64,000 bases of DNA from Planctomycetota bacterium (GCA_965223265.1 OZ244999.1:32001-96000); one strand, 5' to 3'; numbered from the stretch's first letter, positions 42,816-53,372 are shown. Numbers and translations are program-made. Notes: generated by a model not told the origin, from the letters alone.

Positions 42816-44678
42816 GTGACGGTCTCTGTAGGCGAGAAGGCTAGGAGTCGATCCGTGTCGAAGCTCAATGAGTTGTGCGAGTCAGTTCTCGAAGCAGACA
42901 CTGCGTTGCCTGGGTCCTCTGCGGTCTCGGTCGCTCCTGAAAAGGAGTCACGCGACGACGACGGAGTGGATCGGGAGACGGCCGAGCAGAAGCCCGAGGC
43001 GGTCGAGGCGCCCTCCGTGCCCGCGACGGCAGAGGTGCCGCTGAGCTGGGATGAACTAAAGTCTGCGGCGACTCAACGGCTTGACGTCGATCGACGGAAC
43101 TCACCCTCTTCAGCCGGGCTTGGGATCTCGACATTCGTTCTCGCGGCGCTGCTTTCTTTTCTCGTCGGCATCGTTGTTCAGACGCACATTCGTCATGGAC
43201 TCTCGCCATCCGGTGTCGCCGCGCTCCTCACCTTCGGCGCCAGTCTCTTGACCTTCTTCTTTTGCCGCAGCTGGTTTCGTCAAGCTTGGGACGAGAGAAA
43301 CCAAATCATCGATGCTGCGGTGGATGAAGTCGTTCGCTCCGAACTTCACACGCAAGTCAAGACAACTGACGAGGCCTTTGCGACCGTCAGGGACGAGATC
43401 TACGCGAAACTGCGGGGGGAGGCCGACCAGCGTGAAGAGCAGCTGCAGGAAAAGAGTCTGCGCGAGCTCGAGAAGGTTCGAGTCTTCTTCGAGAGCCTGC
43501 TCGAGAAGCACGTCTTCCGTATCAACCGCGATCTGAGAGAGGCTGAGGCCGAGCTCGAGCGCCGGCGCTCCAAGGAGTCAGATGACCAAGAGGCGTCAGC
43601 GGCGTCGGAGAAGCGCTTGGTCGCTGAGAGAGATCAGTTGCGATCGCAACTTGAGGAGATCCGAGCGGAGCTCGACACCGCGAAGAGTGCGATCGCGGAA
43701 CGCGACGACAAGATCGATTCGATTCGCGTCGCGGCGGAGAGCGACAAAGCACGTCGGAGCGAAGAAGCCGCTGCTGTCGAAGCGGGTTTGGAGGAAGGGC
43801 TCGCCGCGGTTGAGTCTGAGATTCAGTCTCTCGAACGACAGCTCAGCGAGCGGCAGGAGCAGTGCGAGCGACTAGACTCCGAGGTCGAGCGATTGACGGC
43901 CGAAGCGGAGAGTGCTGCTGCAACGCACGTGAATTTTTTCGACAGTGTCTCCGCCAAACTCAACGCGCACCTTCACCTTGCCGAAAAATTGGCGGAAGAT
44001 CTGGACGCTGACGGCGAGAACGAGAGCGCCGCAGCCAGCGCCAAGGTGACGTCGGGCATGCGGGAGCAGTTGAAGAAACTTCGTCATTTGGTCCGTCAGG
44101 TGATTGACCTCGGCAGGCTCCAGTCGGGAGTCTGGAAACCGACGTTCAGTCCGGTCAAGGTCGACAAAATCGTCGACGAAGTCGTGGGCGAGCTCGCTCC
44201 ATCCGCGAAGAAAAAGGGCGTACGGGTCGAGCTCAAGGGATTTGAGGCACTTCCTGGCATACTCACCGATCGACGTTTGCTGACCCGTGCGTTGAGGGAG
44301 CTTATCGCCAACGCACTCGCCTATAGCGATCGACAAGGACGCGTCGTCGTCAGTTCCGAATTCGAACCGGGACCGGACGACGAGAGTGCGACCACCGGCG
44401 GCGATCTGCCGAAGCTCGTCAGCCAGGGGCGCCTGGCCATCTCGGTCGAGGACAACGGCAAGGGGATCGCTGCCGGAGACCTCGAGCGAGTGTTCGAGCC
44501 GTTCGAGCAAGGAGATCAACCACGTTTCTCACTTAGCGGAGCGGGTGCGGGCCTTGGTCTTGCACTCTCGCGGGGTTATGTTGAGCAGCTGGGTGGCGAG
44601 CTCCGTGCGGCGAGCGATAAGGGACGTGGTAGCGTCTTCTCGTTCGACTTCCCGATCGGCGATCGAGCGGACAGCTGA
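42816..44678 (+). CDS. Membrane-anchored coiled-coil histidine-kinase-like protein with degenerate H-box (pseudokinase)
   Basis: Two TM helices, long coiled coil, HisKA-like FFDSVSAKLNAHL, HATPase N-box ELIANA, G1 DNGKGI, F-box FEPF, G2 GAGLGL. Start uncertain. Confidence 0.8.
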   Translation: MTVSVGEKARSRSVSKLNELCESVLEADTALPGSSAVSVAPEKESRDDDGVDRETAEQKPEAVEAPSVPATAEVPLSWDELKSAATQRLDVDRRNSPSSAGLGISTFVLAALLSFLVGIVVQTHIRHGLSPSGVAALLTFGASLLTFFFCRSWFRQAWDERNQIIDAAVDEVVRSELHTQVKTTDEAFATVRDEIYAKLRGEADQREEQLQEKSLRELEKVRVFFESLLEKHVFRINRDLREAEAELERRRSKESDDQEASAASEKRLVAERDQLRSQLEEIRAELDTAKSAIAERDDKIDSIRVAAESDKARRSEEAAAVEAGLEEGLAAVESEIQSLERQLSERQEQCERLDSEVERLTAEAESAAATHVNFFDSVSAKLNAHLHLAEKLAEDLDADGENESAAASAKVTSGMREQLKKLRHLVRQVIDLGRLQSGVWKPTFSPVKVDKIVDEVVGELAPSAKKKGVRVELKGFEALPGILTDRRLLTRALRELIANALAYSDRQGRVVVSSEFEPGPDDESATTGGDLPKLVSQGRLAISVEDNGKGIAAGDLERVFEPFEQGDQPRFSLSGAGAGLGLALSRGYVEQLGGELRAASDKGRGSVFSFDFPIGDRADS

Positions 44679-44845
44679 AACGCGCCGTAGCTCGTGCCCC
44701 ACGGCTGCGAAAAAAAGTGGCGAGTCGACAGTTTGATTCCGTCACTCCTTGCAGGCGTTGGGGTTGACGTCTCGACACCCTTTTGGGATCGCATCTGACG
44801 CGATCGTCGTACTCCCAGAAGTCGTATTGCCATGGGTGTTGGGTG

Positions 44846-45157
44846 ATGTCGAAACCACCGGAATTCTATTTGCGCGCCAAGGATTCTCAGCCAGAGCTCT
44901 TCGAAACCTATGAGGCGCTTGCCGAGGCGGCGCGGCGCGCTGGACCGCTCGACGAGAAGAGTGCAGCGCTTGTGAAGCTCGCAGTGAGCGTCGGTGCGGG
45001 ACTTGAGGGGGCGACTCACTCAAGCGTCAGGAAAGCGCTGAAGGCTGGCTGCTCGGCCGAGGAGCTGCATCACGTCGTGTTCCTCTGCGTCACCACGCTC
45101 GGCTTCCCGGGGATGATGCGCGCGCGCGCCTGGGTGCAGGACGTGCTCGAGGATTGA
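44846..45157 (+). CDS. Carboxymuconolactone decarboxylase (CMD/AhpD-like) family protein
   Basis: AGPLDEKSAALVKLAVSVG...HSSVRKALKAGCSAEELHHVV...TTLGFP; no CxxC. Confidence 0.88.
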   Translation: MSKPPEFYLRAKDSQPELFETYEALAEAARRAGPLDEKSAALVKLAVSVGAGLEGATHSSVRKALKAGCSAEELHHVVFLCVTTLGFPGMMRARAWVQDVLED

Positions 45158-45176
45158 GCTCGTCGTGCGGAAGGTC

Positions 45177-45791
45177 TCAGATGACTCCGAGAGCACCGAG
45201 GCGCGCGACGATTTCGTCGGACGTGCCATAGCCAGCGGTGAGCCACGAGTGCTCGTCGCCGTTTTGTAAGAGCAGGCTCGGGAACCCGGTCACTCGCAAC
45301 TTACGTCGCAGAGCGAAATCGCTCAGCAGGAGTTCCTCGACGCGATCTGAACGGAGGTCTGCGGCGAAACACTCTGTGTCCAGTTCGATCTCACCCGCGA
45401 GCTCGACGAGCGTCGAGTCGTTGGACGGATTGCGCGCCTCCAAGTAGTACGCCCGTTGAATGGCTTCGAACATCGCGGGTCCGCCCTGCGTGGGGGTCTG
45501 TTTTTCGGCGGCGATCACCGCCCGGCATGCCGGATAGGTGGAGCGACGGGGTTGACACTCGGTCCAGAAGTCGAAGTTGAACTCAGTTCCAGTGCGCTCG
45601 GAGATGGTTCGCCAGTAACCTTGGATTTGACGCTGCTGCGCAGCCGGCATCGGCTCCAGCGTGTCCGGCGCCAAACCCCCCATGACGTAGCGTACGGGCG
45701 TGTCGGGAAGTCGAACACGCACTTCGACGAGGTGGACGTGAAACGCCCAGCACCACGAGCACATTGGGTCGCCCACGTAGATGAGTTCCAT
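45177..45791 (-). CDS. DsbA-like thioredoxin-fold protein
   Basis: YVGDPMCSWCWAF (CxxC), STYPACRAVIAA, VTGFPSL (cis-Pro). Confidence 0.9.
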   Translation of the reverse strand: MELIYVGDPMCSWCWAFHVHLVEVRVRLPDTPVRYVMGGLAPDTLEPMPAAQQRQIQGYWRTISERTGTEFNFDFWTECQPRRSTYPACRAVIAAEKQTPTQGGPAMFEAIQRAYYLEARNPSNDSTLVELAGEIELDTECFAADLRSDRVEELLLSDFALRRKLRVTGFPSLLLQNGDEHSWLTAGYGTSDEIVARLGALGVI

Positions 45792-46056
45792 ATTCGGTGC
45801 TGCGTCAGGTGGAGAGGGTGTTTTCGTTCGCTGCCAAACTCGAGGTTAAGACTCGCGGCGCTGACGGTAGTCTACGACGGAGCCCGGCAGCAACGCCAGC
45901 GGGACTGTCGATGTGTCCTTCATTTCGATCGCCTTGGCGTTCACCAGACACTTGCAATTCTCGACGTGCACTGCTCCCATCGACGTGCCGTTACGCGACG
46001 CTTCTGAAGCATGACCTCTACAGACCGCGGAACGATCTCCGCGTAGGTACGGACCG

Positions 46057-48720
46057 TTGCGACCTGAAGGATCTGCGGAGTTTGGAGTCTCAGTCGCGCT
46101 GCCGCAAACGAGCGGTGGCGTGACGATCTCACGAGCGACACCCAAGCGTCTCGACTCGCGGCCGATTCCGCGAGCGCTGCGCCGTACGAGGAGTGTGCAT
46201 CGACGGCGTGGCGCCGGGCTTTGCGTTGTCGCTGCGGCTCTGATCGTCGCGGCGGGGGACGCGGCGTATCCTGATTCTCCCGTCGCCTCGGAGCTGCGTG
46301 AGCGAGCGGTCGCAGTGATCCGTGGCGTCGCGGCGGAGGAAGTAGAATCGGCTCGGCGACAGTCACCTGACTCACTTGCTGACAATGCCGCGCCGCCGGC
46401 TACATATGCGGCGCTCGAAACTCTGATCCGACTGGAGTATGTGCAGGAGTCGCCGAAAGACCTGCCGTCGAAAACACCGTGGCACGAGGTGGCTGCGGCG
46501 CGCGTGGACCACTTGACTAGCTACAGTCGCATCGCGCGCGCCGAGTCTGTTGAGCGTCTGGTTTCGCATCTTGTCGACGGTGCCGACGGATCCCATCGCG
46601 TCGCCGCGGCTCGCGCGTTGAGCGAGCTCCAGGTTGCGCTTGCGGGAGGTGGCGAGCCCTTGACACGCGTTACGGCGCTACTGGACGCCGACACGGCTTC
46701 GCAAGAAGCGTCGTCACGACTCGACGTCTACTTGAGTTGGATTCTCGCCAACTCGAGCGATGAGCAGGCAGCCGCCCGCGGTCAGGAACTGCTGGTCGCC
46801 GCTCTGGAGCAAGAAGGTGCTGTTCGGTCGCATGCGGCACTCGCGCTCCTGTCGCTCGGGACTGCCGCTCCAGGTGCTGCGGCGACGCTTCGTTCTGTCC
46901 TCGCGCGCCAGCCGGAGACCTCCCCGCAGTACGATGCGGTGCTCGCCGCCGCGGTCGTGCTCGGCATCGATCCGTCTGCGAGTGAGCTCCTGCGGCGCCG
47001 TTTGACCTCAAGTGCGCCGGGTGTTCGACGCGGTTATCTATGCAGGGCGCTCAGTCTAGTCGGGAGCGCAGCCGATCTCGATCTCCTGACGCCTTTGCTT
47101 GACGATTCCAGCGCCGAGGTGCGGCTGAGCGCCGCGAACGCCATCTTGCGCATTGGTCGGCGAGCGCCGCACCGACTCTTTCCCATCGATTGGGCCGTTA
47201 TTTCGGTCTACGCGCTCGTCATGCTGCTGATTGGTTGGTATTACTCACGCCGCACGCGAACCCGCGAAGATTACCTGCTTGGCGGTCGCAACATGCGCCC
47301 CTGGCGCTTGGGGATGTCCCTCTTCGCCAGCCTCCTGAGCACGATTTCATTTCTCGGGTGGCCTGGCGAGATGATCCGTCACGGGCCGATGTACCTGGGA
47401 GCACTCATCACTTACCCGCTGACGTTCTTCGTGGCCGGTTGGTTTCTGATCCCGTTCATCATGCGGCTGCGAGTGACGAGCGCCTACGAGATCCTCGAGG
47501 GCAGGTTAGGCCTTTCGGTGCGCATGCTCGGGTCGTTTTTCTTTCTCGCCATGCGCGTGATCTGGATGTCGGTGATCATCTTCACGACGACGACAAAAGT
47601 CCTCGTCCCGATCGCCGGGATCGATCCAGCCTACTCGAATTGGATTTGCGTTGGTCTCGGATTCCTCACTGTGGCGTACACGTCACTCGGTGGACTTCGA
47701 GCGGTTGTGCTCACGGATGTGATTCAGACGTTCATCCTTCTCAGTGCTGCGGTGTTGACGATCGTCCTGATCACGGTCGAGTTGGGCGGGGTCGGCGCAT
47801 GGTGGCCGCGCGAGTGGGCGGCCCATTGGTCGAAACCGACGCTCGGATATGACTCCGAGCACGATCGTTCCGTGTTGGGATTCATTCTGGCAACATTCAC
47901 TTGGTACATCTGCACGTCCGGATCAGACCAAATGGCGATTCAGAGATACCTGGCGACCCGTGACGCTAAGACGGCGCGGCGTGTTCTCGGCGTGTCGCTG
48001 TTTTCTGATAGCACAGTCAATGTGCTGATGGCTCTCACCGGCATGAGTCTGCTCGCTTATTTTCAATCGCACCCCCACATGGTGGAGGACGGACAGCGGA
48101 TCATCTCCAACCCTGATCGCCTGTTTCCTCAATTCATCACCTTCGGTCTACCAATCGGCGTCAGCGGACTCGTGATCGCCGGTCTCTTGGCCGCGGCGAT
48201 GTCGAGTCTTTCGTCGGGAGTCAATTCGTCCTGCTCCGTGATCACAGTCGACTTCCTGACACGATTCCGCGGTACGTCAACGAGAGCAACCAGCGCGAGT
48301 CCAACCGACGGCCAACAAGCGCGCGAAGCGAGAATCGTTTCGCTTCTCATTGGCGTCGTGATTGTCTTTCTGAGTATGGCTGTTGGACGGATCGAGGGAA
48401 ACCTGATGGAGATTGCCTACAAGACGGTGAATCTGCTGACAGCGCCCCTCTTCGGACTTTTTTTCTTCGCGATGTTTGTACCGCGCGCTAACGCGGTTGG
48501 GGTATTCATCGGTACAGCGGTAGGTTTCGCGACGATCGTCGTGATGAACTACACACGTTGGCTACCAATGAGCTTTCTATGGGGGATGCCGGTCGGCCTT
48601 TCGGTGCAGGTCCTCGTCGGTACGATCGCCAGTTGGTTGGTGTCGACTTGCAGCGGCGGCGCGGGTTCTATAGCTTCCCGTGATGCGACTGACGAAACGG
48701 ATTCCACGGAGACTGCCTGA
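46057..48720 (+). CDS. Sodium:solute symporter (SSS) fused to an N-terminal HEAT-repeat domain
   Basis: Signal-like GLCVVAAALIVAAGDA, HEAT repeats (LTPLLDDSSAEVRLSAANAILRI), then SSS: IDWAVISVY, EDYLLGGRNM, TSAYEILEGRLG, GGLRAVVLTDVIQ, DQMAIQRYLA, LAAAMSSLSSGVNS. True start probably 46120-46195. Confidence 0.88.
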   Translation: MRPEGSAEFGVSVALPQTSGGVTISRATPKRLDSRPIPRALRRTRSVHRRRGAGLCVVAAALIVAAGDAAYPDSPVASELRERAVAVIRGVAAEEVESARRQSPDSLADNAAPPATYAALETLIRLEYVQESPKDLPSKTPWHEVAAARVDHLTSYSRIARAESVERLVSHLVDGADGSHRVAAARALSELQVALAGGGEPLTRVTALLDADTASQEASSRLDVYLSWILANSSDEQAAARGQELLVAALEQEGAVRSHAALALLSLGTAAPGAAATLRSVLARQPETSPQYDAVLAAAVVLGIDPSASELLRRRLTSSAPGVRRGYLCRALSLVGSAADLDLLTPLLDDSSAEVRLSAANAILRIGRRAPHRLFPIDWAVISVYALVMLLIGWYYSRRTRTREDYLLGGRNMRPWRLGMSLFASLLSTISFLGWPGEMIRHGPMYLGALITYPLTFFVAGWFLIPFIMRLRVTSAYEILEGRLGLSVRMLGSFFFLAMRVIWMSVIIFTTTTKVLVPIAGIDPAYSNWICVGLGFLTVAYTSLGGLRAVVLTDVIQTFILLSAAVLTIVLITVELGGVGAWWPREWAAHWSKPTLGYDSEHDRSVLGFILATFTWYICTSGSDQMAIQRYLATRDAKTARRVLGVSLFSDSTVNVLMALTGMSLLAYFQSHPHMVEDGQRIISNPDRLFPQFITFGLPIGVSGLVIAGLLAAAMSSLSSGVNSSCSVITVDFLTRFRGTSTRATSASPTDGQQAREARIVSLLIGVVIVFLSMAVGRIEGNLMEIAYKTVNLLTAPLFGLFFFAMFVPRANAVGVFIGTAVGFATIVVMNYTRWLPMSFLWGMPVGLSVQVLVGTIASWLVSTCSGGAGSIASRDATDETDSTETA

Positions 48721-48845
48721 TGCTGCGACGCCTACCCTTACCTTTGAACGACTAGCTGACGAAGAGCGACTTGATGAAGAGCTACATGACCGCGACGCGA
48801 TCTTCCCCGCTAGAGACCATCCCGAATTTGAGAGGTTGAGACTTC

Positions 48846-50216
48846 ATGGGCACCGCACCGCTTGAATCCGAGTCGAGTCGTTGCCAGCTTCTTTACGAGC
48901 AGGCCAAGTCGATACTCCCGGGAGGTACGCAGCTCTTCAGCAAGAGGCCGGAACTGTTTGCTCCCGGCAAATGGCCGGCGTATTTTCGTAGTGCCAACGG
49001 CTGCGAGATCACCGATATCGATGGGCGTCGTTACGTCGACATGTCGATCAGCGGTATCGGTTCCTGCCTCCTCGGTTACGCCGACCCCGACGTCACGGCA
49101 GCAGTCGTCGAGCGTGTGCAGAGTGGGTCGATGTGTACGCTCAACAGCCCGGAGGAGGTGGAGCTCGCGCAGCTCTTGATCGAGATCCATCCTTGGGCCG
49201 AGCAAGTTCGCTACGCGCGTGCTGGCGGCGAGATCATGTCTGTCGCAACGCGGATCGCTCGCGCGCACACCGGGCGCGATTTGGTCGCCTTGTGCGGCTA
49301 TCACGGATGGCATGACTGGTATCTGGCGGCGAACGTGTCACCTGCGGACGTTGAGAGAGGAACATCTCAAGGTAAGGCGAGGGCTCTGGACGAACACTTG
49401 CTGCCGGGGCTGGCGCCGCTTGGCGTACCATCGCAGCTGGCAGGCACCGTCTTTCCGTTCAAGTACAACGCTCTCGAGGAACTTGAGGAGATCGCCTCTC
49501 GTCACGGCTCTCAAATCGCGGCTGTGATCATGGAGTCGACCCGGGCGACCCCACCTGCGAGCGGTTTTCTCGAAGGCGTTCGAGAGATTTGCGACCGTAT
49601 CGGGGCTGTGCTCATCTTCGACGAGATCACCGTCGGGTGGCGTCTGACACTCGGCGGTGCGCATCTGCTCTACGGAGTCGAACCCGACATGGCCGCGTTC
49701 GCTAAGTCCTTCAGCAACGGCCATGCGATGGCTGCCGTGATTGGCAAACGGCGTGTGATGGACTGCGCGCAAGATTCGTTCATCTCGAGCACCTACTGGA
49801 CAGAGAGCGTCGGCCCGACTGCGGCACTTGCGACGCTGCGCAAGATGCAGCGCATCGATGTGCCGACCCACGTCGCTCGTATCGGCAACTTGTTCCGCGA
49901 AGGGTTTGCCGCTGCCAGCGAGAGACGCGGCGTGCCGATCACATTTTCTGGCTATCCCGCGATCACCTCCTTCGCTTTTGAGGCGGACGACCCCTTGGCG
50001 CTGCTCACGCTCTTTACGGTGCGCATGCTCGAGCGTGGTTTTCTCGCCGGAGGTTCTCTCTTCGCGACCCTCGCCCACCAGGACTCGCACGTGAACTCGT
50101 ATCTCGCCGCAGCTGACGAAGTGCTGGTGGAGATCAAGGAGGCGATCGACGCAGGGGATGCGCGCACGCGTCTCGAGGGCGGCGTGCGCCGACCGCACTT
50201 CGGTCGGCTGACTTGA
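48846..50216 (+). CDS. Class III PLP-dependent aminotransferase (glutamate-1-semialdehyde aminomutase-like)
   Basis: DIDGRRYVD, GYHGWHDWY, LIFDEITVGWR, PDMAAFAKSFSNG (PLP Lys), ISSTYW. Confidence 0.9.
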   Translation: MGTAPLESESSRCQLLYEQAKSILPGGTQLFSKRPELFAPGKWPAYFRSANGCEITDIDGRRYVDMSISGIGSCLLGYADPDVTAAVVERVQSGSMCTLNSPEEVELAQLLIEIHPWAEQVRYARAGGEIMSVATRIARAHTGRDLVALCGYHGWHDWYLAANVSPADVERGTSQGKARALDEHLLPGLAPLGVPSQLAGTVFPFKYNALEELEEIASRHGSQIAAVIMESTRATPPASGFLEGVREICDRIGAVLIFDEITVGWRLTLGGAHLLYGVEPDMAAFAKSFSNGHAMAAVIGKRRVMDCAQDSFISSTYWTESVGPTAALATLRKMQRIDVPTHVARIGNLFREGFAAASERRGVPITFSGYPAITSFAFEADDPLALLTLFTVRMLERGFLAGGSLFATLAHQDSHVNSYLAAADEVLVEIKEAIDAGDARTRLEGGVRRPHFGRLT

Positions 50217-50467
50217 CGGATACAGCCATGGAGCGGCCGTGACCATGACGAGGCTCGGCCGTTCCGTTTCGATCACGGCTCATGTCTGCAAAGAAGGACG
50301 CGGGCGCAGTCTCCGCGAGGGAGTTCGTGAACGCCCGACGCCCGTACCCGCTCCTCAGCCGTCGTCGAATCGTCTCCGTGTGCGTGGGGACCGAGGCGTG
50401 CTGTAGCGCCACGTCACGGGCGGATTCGACGCTCGAACGAGTACGGGCATGAGCGCGCAGGCGTTCG

Positions 50468-51973
50468 CTACAAAGGTCGTACGATCGACTTTGGCCGCAA
50501 ATAATCGTAGTACGTCTCGGGGCTGTTGACGCCGCCGCCGAGACCGCTCAGGTTGACGCCGCCGTAGGGGACACCCAACGGGAACAAATTGTGGGCATTG
50601 ATCCAGCTGTTGCCAGCAACGAGCTCCTCAGCGATGCGATCAGCACGCGAGAGGTTTTGCGTCCAGACGCTGTTGGCTAGTCCGTACTGCGAGCGGTTGA
50701 CCAGCTCGATGGCCTCGTCGTCGCTCTTGAATGGCATGACGTAGCTCACCGGACCAAAGATCTCCTCGCGGCAGGCGACATTTTCCGGTGAACCTGCGAG
50801 CATCGCCGGCTTGACATAGAAACCGCCTTTGAGGTCCTTCACGTCAGCCGGTCCGCCCTCGAGTACGAACTCTGCGCCTTCTTTGACGCCACGGTCTAGA
50901 TACGAAAGGACGCGGTCTCGCTGCTTGGCGCTGACGACCGGCCCCATTTGCACCGAATCATGCATCTCGTGGCCGACGTGAAGCTCATCTAACACACGGC
51001 GCGAACAGTCGAGAAACCGATCGTAAATGCTCTCGTGCACGAGCCAGCGCGTCGCCGTGCAGCAAACTTGGCCGGTGTGGAAGGTGACGGCGCCAGCGAG
51101 TTTCTGCGCTGTCTCCTCGACGTCGACGTCTTCGCAAACGACGGCGGCACCCTTGCCTCCCAACTCGAGTTTGACTGGAACCAAGTTCTCTCCGGCATGC
51201 TTACCCACCAGACGTCCGACTTCGGGCGAGCCCGTGAACGACATACGCTTGAACCCTGGGTGTTCTGCAACCGCGGCACCTGCGACTTCGCCAACGCCGG
51301 TGACGACGTTGATGACGCCGTCGGGGATGCCGGCTTCCTTCGCGAGGCGACAGAGATAGAGCGTGGACAGTGGTGTGTCCTCCGCTGGCTTGATCACCAC
51401 AGTGTTGCCAGCGGCGAGCGCCGGGCTAACGCCCCAACCGACCAAGAGGAACGGAAAGTTCCACGGAAAGATGAAACCGCATGGACCGTATGGCGACAGA
51501 CTGCTCGAAGCCTCGTGTCCTGCGACCGCAAGGGGCGTGCGCCGCTGGATGTGGAGCGCCATGTCTGTGAAGTATCGCAGTGCGTTGACGAACACTTGGA
51601 TATCGCCCGCAGCTTGAGCTTCGATCTTGCCGCAATCGAGCGACTCGATTTGCGCCAAGACCGCGGCGTTCTTCTCCACCAGATCAGCGAGTCGATGGAG
51701 CAGCGCACCACGCTCCTGAGGCGTCATCGTCGCCCAACCAGTGCTACGAAACGCAGTCGTGGCGGCGTCCACTGCTTGGTTGACGTCGACGCGATTCCCC
51801 GCCGTCACTTCCGTCAGGACTTCGCCCGAGCCGGGGTCTGCGGTTGTGAAGGTTTGCCCAGAGTCGCCTTCGACCCAGTCGCCGTTGATGAACAGACGTT
51901 GTGGACCGGATGTCAAAAACTGCTCGACTTGCGGGAGGAGGGACACGCCAGGAGCGATCTGTAGGGTCGCCAT
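50468..51973 (-). CDS. NAD(P)-dependent aldehyde dehydrogenase
   Basis: PWNFP, KPAEDTP, FTGSPEVG, LELGGK (Glu), GQVCC (Cys), EEIFGPV. Confidence 0.95.
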   Translation of the reverse strand: MATLQIAPGVSLLPQVEQFLTSGPQRLFINGDWVEGDSGQTFTTADPGSGEVLTEVTAGNRVDVNQAVDAATTAFRSTGWATMTPQERGALLHRLADLVEKNAAVLAQIESLDCGKIEAQAAGDIQVFVNALRYFTDMALHIQRRTPLAVAGHEASSSLSPYGPCGFIFPWNFPFLLVGWGVSPALAAGNTVVIKPAEDTPLSTLYLCRLAKEAGIPDGVINVVTGVGEVAGAAVAEHPGFKRMSFTGSPEVGRLVGKHAGENLVPVKLELGGKGAAVVCEDVDVEETAQKLAGAVTFHTGQVCCTATRWLVHESIYDRFLDCSRRVLDELHVGHEMHDSVQMGPVVSAKQRDRVLSYLDRGVKEGAEFVLEGGPADVKDLKGGFYVKPAMLAGSPENVACREEIFGPVSYVMPFKSDDEAIELVNRSQYGLANSVWTQNLSRADRIAEELVAGNSWINAHNLFPLGVPYGGVNLSGLGGGVNSPETYYDYLRPKSIVRPL

Positions 51974-52061
51974 GTCAAAACCTCGTCAGTTGATTACTGA
52001 TCTGTGGAGGGAAAACTGCCGCCCATCTTTTCAACAAGAGCGATCGTTGCCAACACTTTTT

Positions 52062-53372
52062 TCACAGGAGGTGGCGGGCCTTGATGTCAAGATAGCGATT
52101 GATGAGCGCAGGGGAGAGCTCGCTCGGCAGGACCTCAAGCATCAGCGCACCGCTGGTACGCAACTCCGCGAGGGCGTGAGCTTGACGTGACATGAGTTCT
52201 GCTGCGCCCGCGACTTCAAAGGCTTCGATCTCGTCCTCCGGTGTGGACGTCGCTAGCGTGGCCAGGTCCGTGTGTCGCAAGAACACGCACAGCATTAAAT
52301 GGACGCCGGTGATTCTTGGCAGATACTCGCCGATCGTCTTGAGGTGCTGCTCGTCCATGGTGTGGGTTACGAGAATGACGAGCGCACGCTTGCGCTGAAA
52401 ACGCAGGAGTTCGTCGCAAGCGTGTCCGTAGTCTGAGATTTCCCATTGCGGCGCCAAGTCGAAGATCTGAGGGACGAGTGCCTGCATAGCGGACCTGCCT
52501 CGCAGGGGGCCAACGTAGCGGTGGGTCCGGTCTGAGAAGGCGAGAAGAGACACATAGTCGCCCTGGCGGAGCGCGACGTGGCTTAAAATCGTCGCCGCAT
52601 TCAGAGCCAAATCAAGGTGCGAGACGCCTCCCGTTTCGTTGCGCATCGATCGTCCGCAATCAAGGAGTATGACGACGTTCTGGTTGCGCTCGACATTGTA
52701 TTCGCGACTGATGAGGCGCCGCATCTTAGCCGTCGCCTTCCAATCGATGAAACGCATCTCATCTTCACGGCGGTACTCCCGCAACCGCTCGAACTCGCCT
52801 CCGAAACCTCTCAAACGCCAGAAGTTGACGCCGACGTCGGCCAGCCGATTCTTGGTTGCGAGCAGCTCGAATCGAGCCACTGCGCGGATATCAGGGTAGA
52901 TCCTCACAGCTTTGGGAAGCTCTCGGTATTCGGTTCGAACCCACAAACCGAATCGGCTCGGGTAGCGAAGATAGACTCCGTTGAACGTTCCCCTCCCACG
53001 TTCGTACGGCGTGATTCGGTATACGGCCTCGCGCTCTCGCCACGGTGGTAACGCTAACGTCACGGGATGGTGCTGCAAGCCGCATGGCTGCGGTGGTGAG
53101 TCGGCAAGTTCGAGACTTACCGGTAAATTCGACCGATTGATGGCGCGTAGGAGGACCGGATTGTCGACACCGACACCGAGGACGTCTGGGACCTCGCGTT
53201 CGATCCCAATGAGGCGAGGACTCGGTGTCGTCGCGAGATCGATCACCGCGACGGCGATCATTAGACAGTTGAGGGTCACTCCGACAACCACGAAGAGATC
53301 GAACCACGCAGAAACAGCGAACGCCACCACCGCGACGGTCGCCATCAAGATGAGAGTGCGCCCCGGAATCAC
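52062..53372 (-). CDS. DUF58 / vWA-like membrane-anchored protein (MoxR partner)
   Basis: N-terminal TM pair, EFERLREY...IDWKATA, LLDCGRSM; GTG start 53372 overlaps the MoxR stop (GTGA). Confidence 0.92.
   Translation of the reverse strand: MIPGRTLILMATVAVVAFAVSAWFDLFVVVGVTLNCLMIAVAVIDLATTPSPRLIGIEREVPDVLGVGVDNPVLLRAINRSNLPVSLELADSPPQPCGLQHHPVTLALPPWREREAVYRITPYERGRGTFNGVYLRYPSRFGLWVRTEYRELPKAVRIYPDIRAVARFELLATKNRLADVGVNFWRLRGFGGEFERLREYRREDEMRFIDWKATAKMRRLISREYNVERNQNVVILLDCGRSMRNETGGVSHLDLALNAATILSHVALRQGDYVSLLAFSDRTHRYVGPLRGRSAMQALVPQIFDLAPQWEISDYGHACDELLRFQRKRALVILVTHTMDEQHLKTIGEYLPRITGVHLMLCVFLRHTDLATLATSTPEDEIEAFEVAGAAELMSRQAHALAELRTSGALMLEVLPSELSPALINRYLDIKARHLL

Noticed and set aside
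48846-50216. Calling the aminotransferase hemL
   Set aside because: GSAM-like fold, but YHGWHDWY and the non-heme context point to a different class III subfamily; symbol withheld.
49338-51964. Long antisense ORFs 49338-50276 and 51035-51964
   Set aside because: Shadows of the aminotransferase and aldehyde dehydrogenase, which carry clear catalytic motifs.
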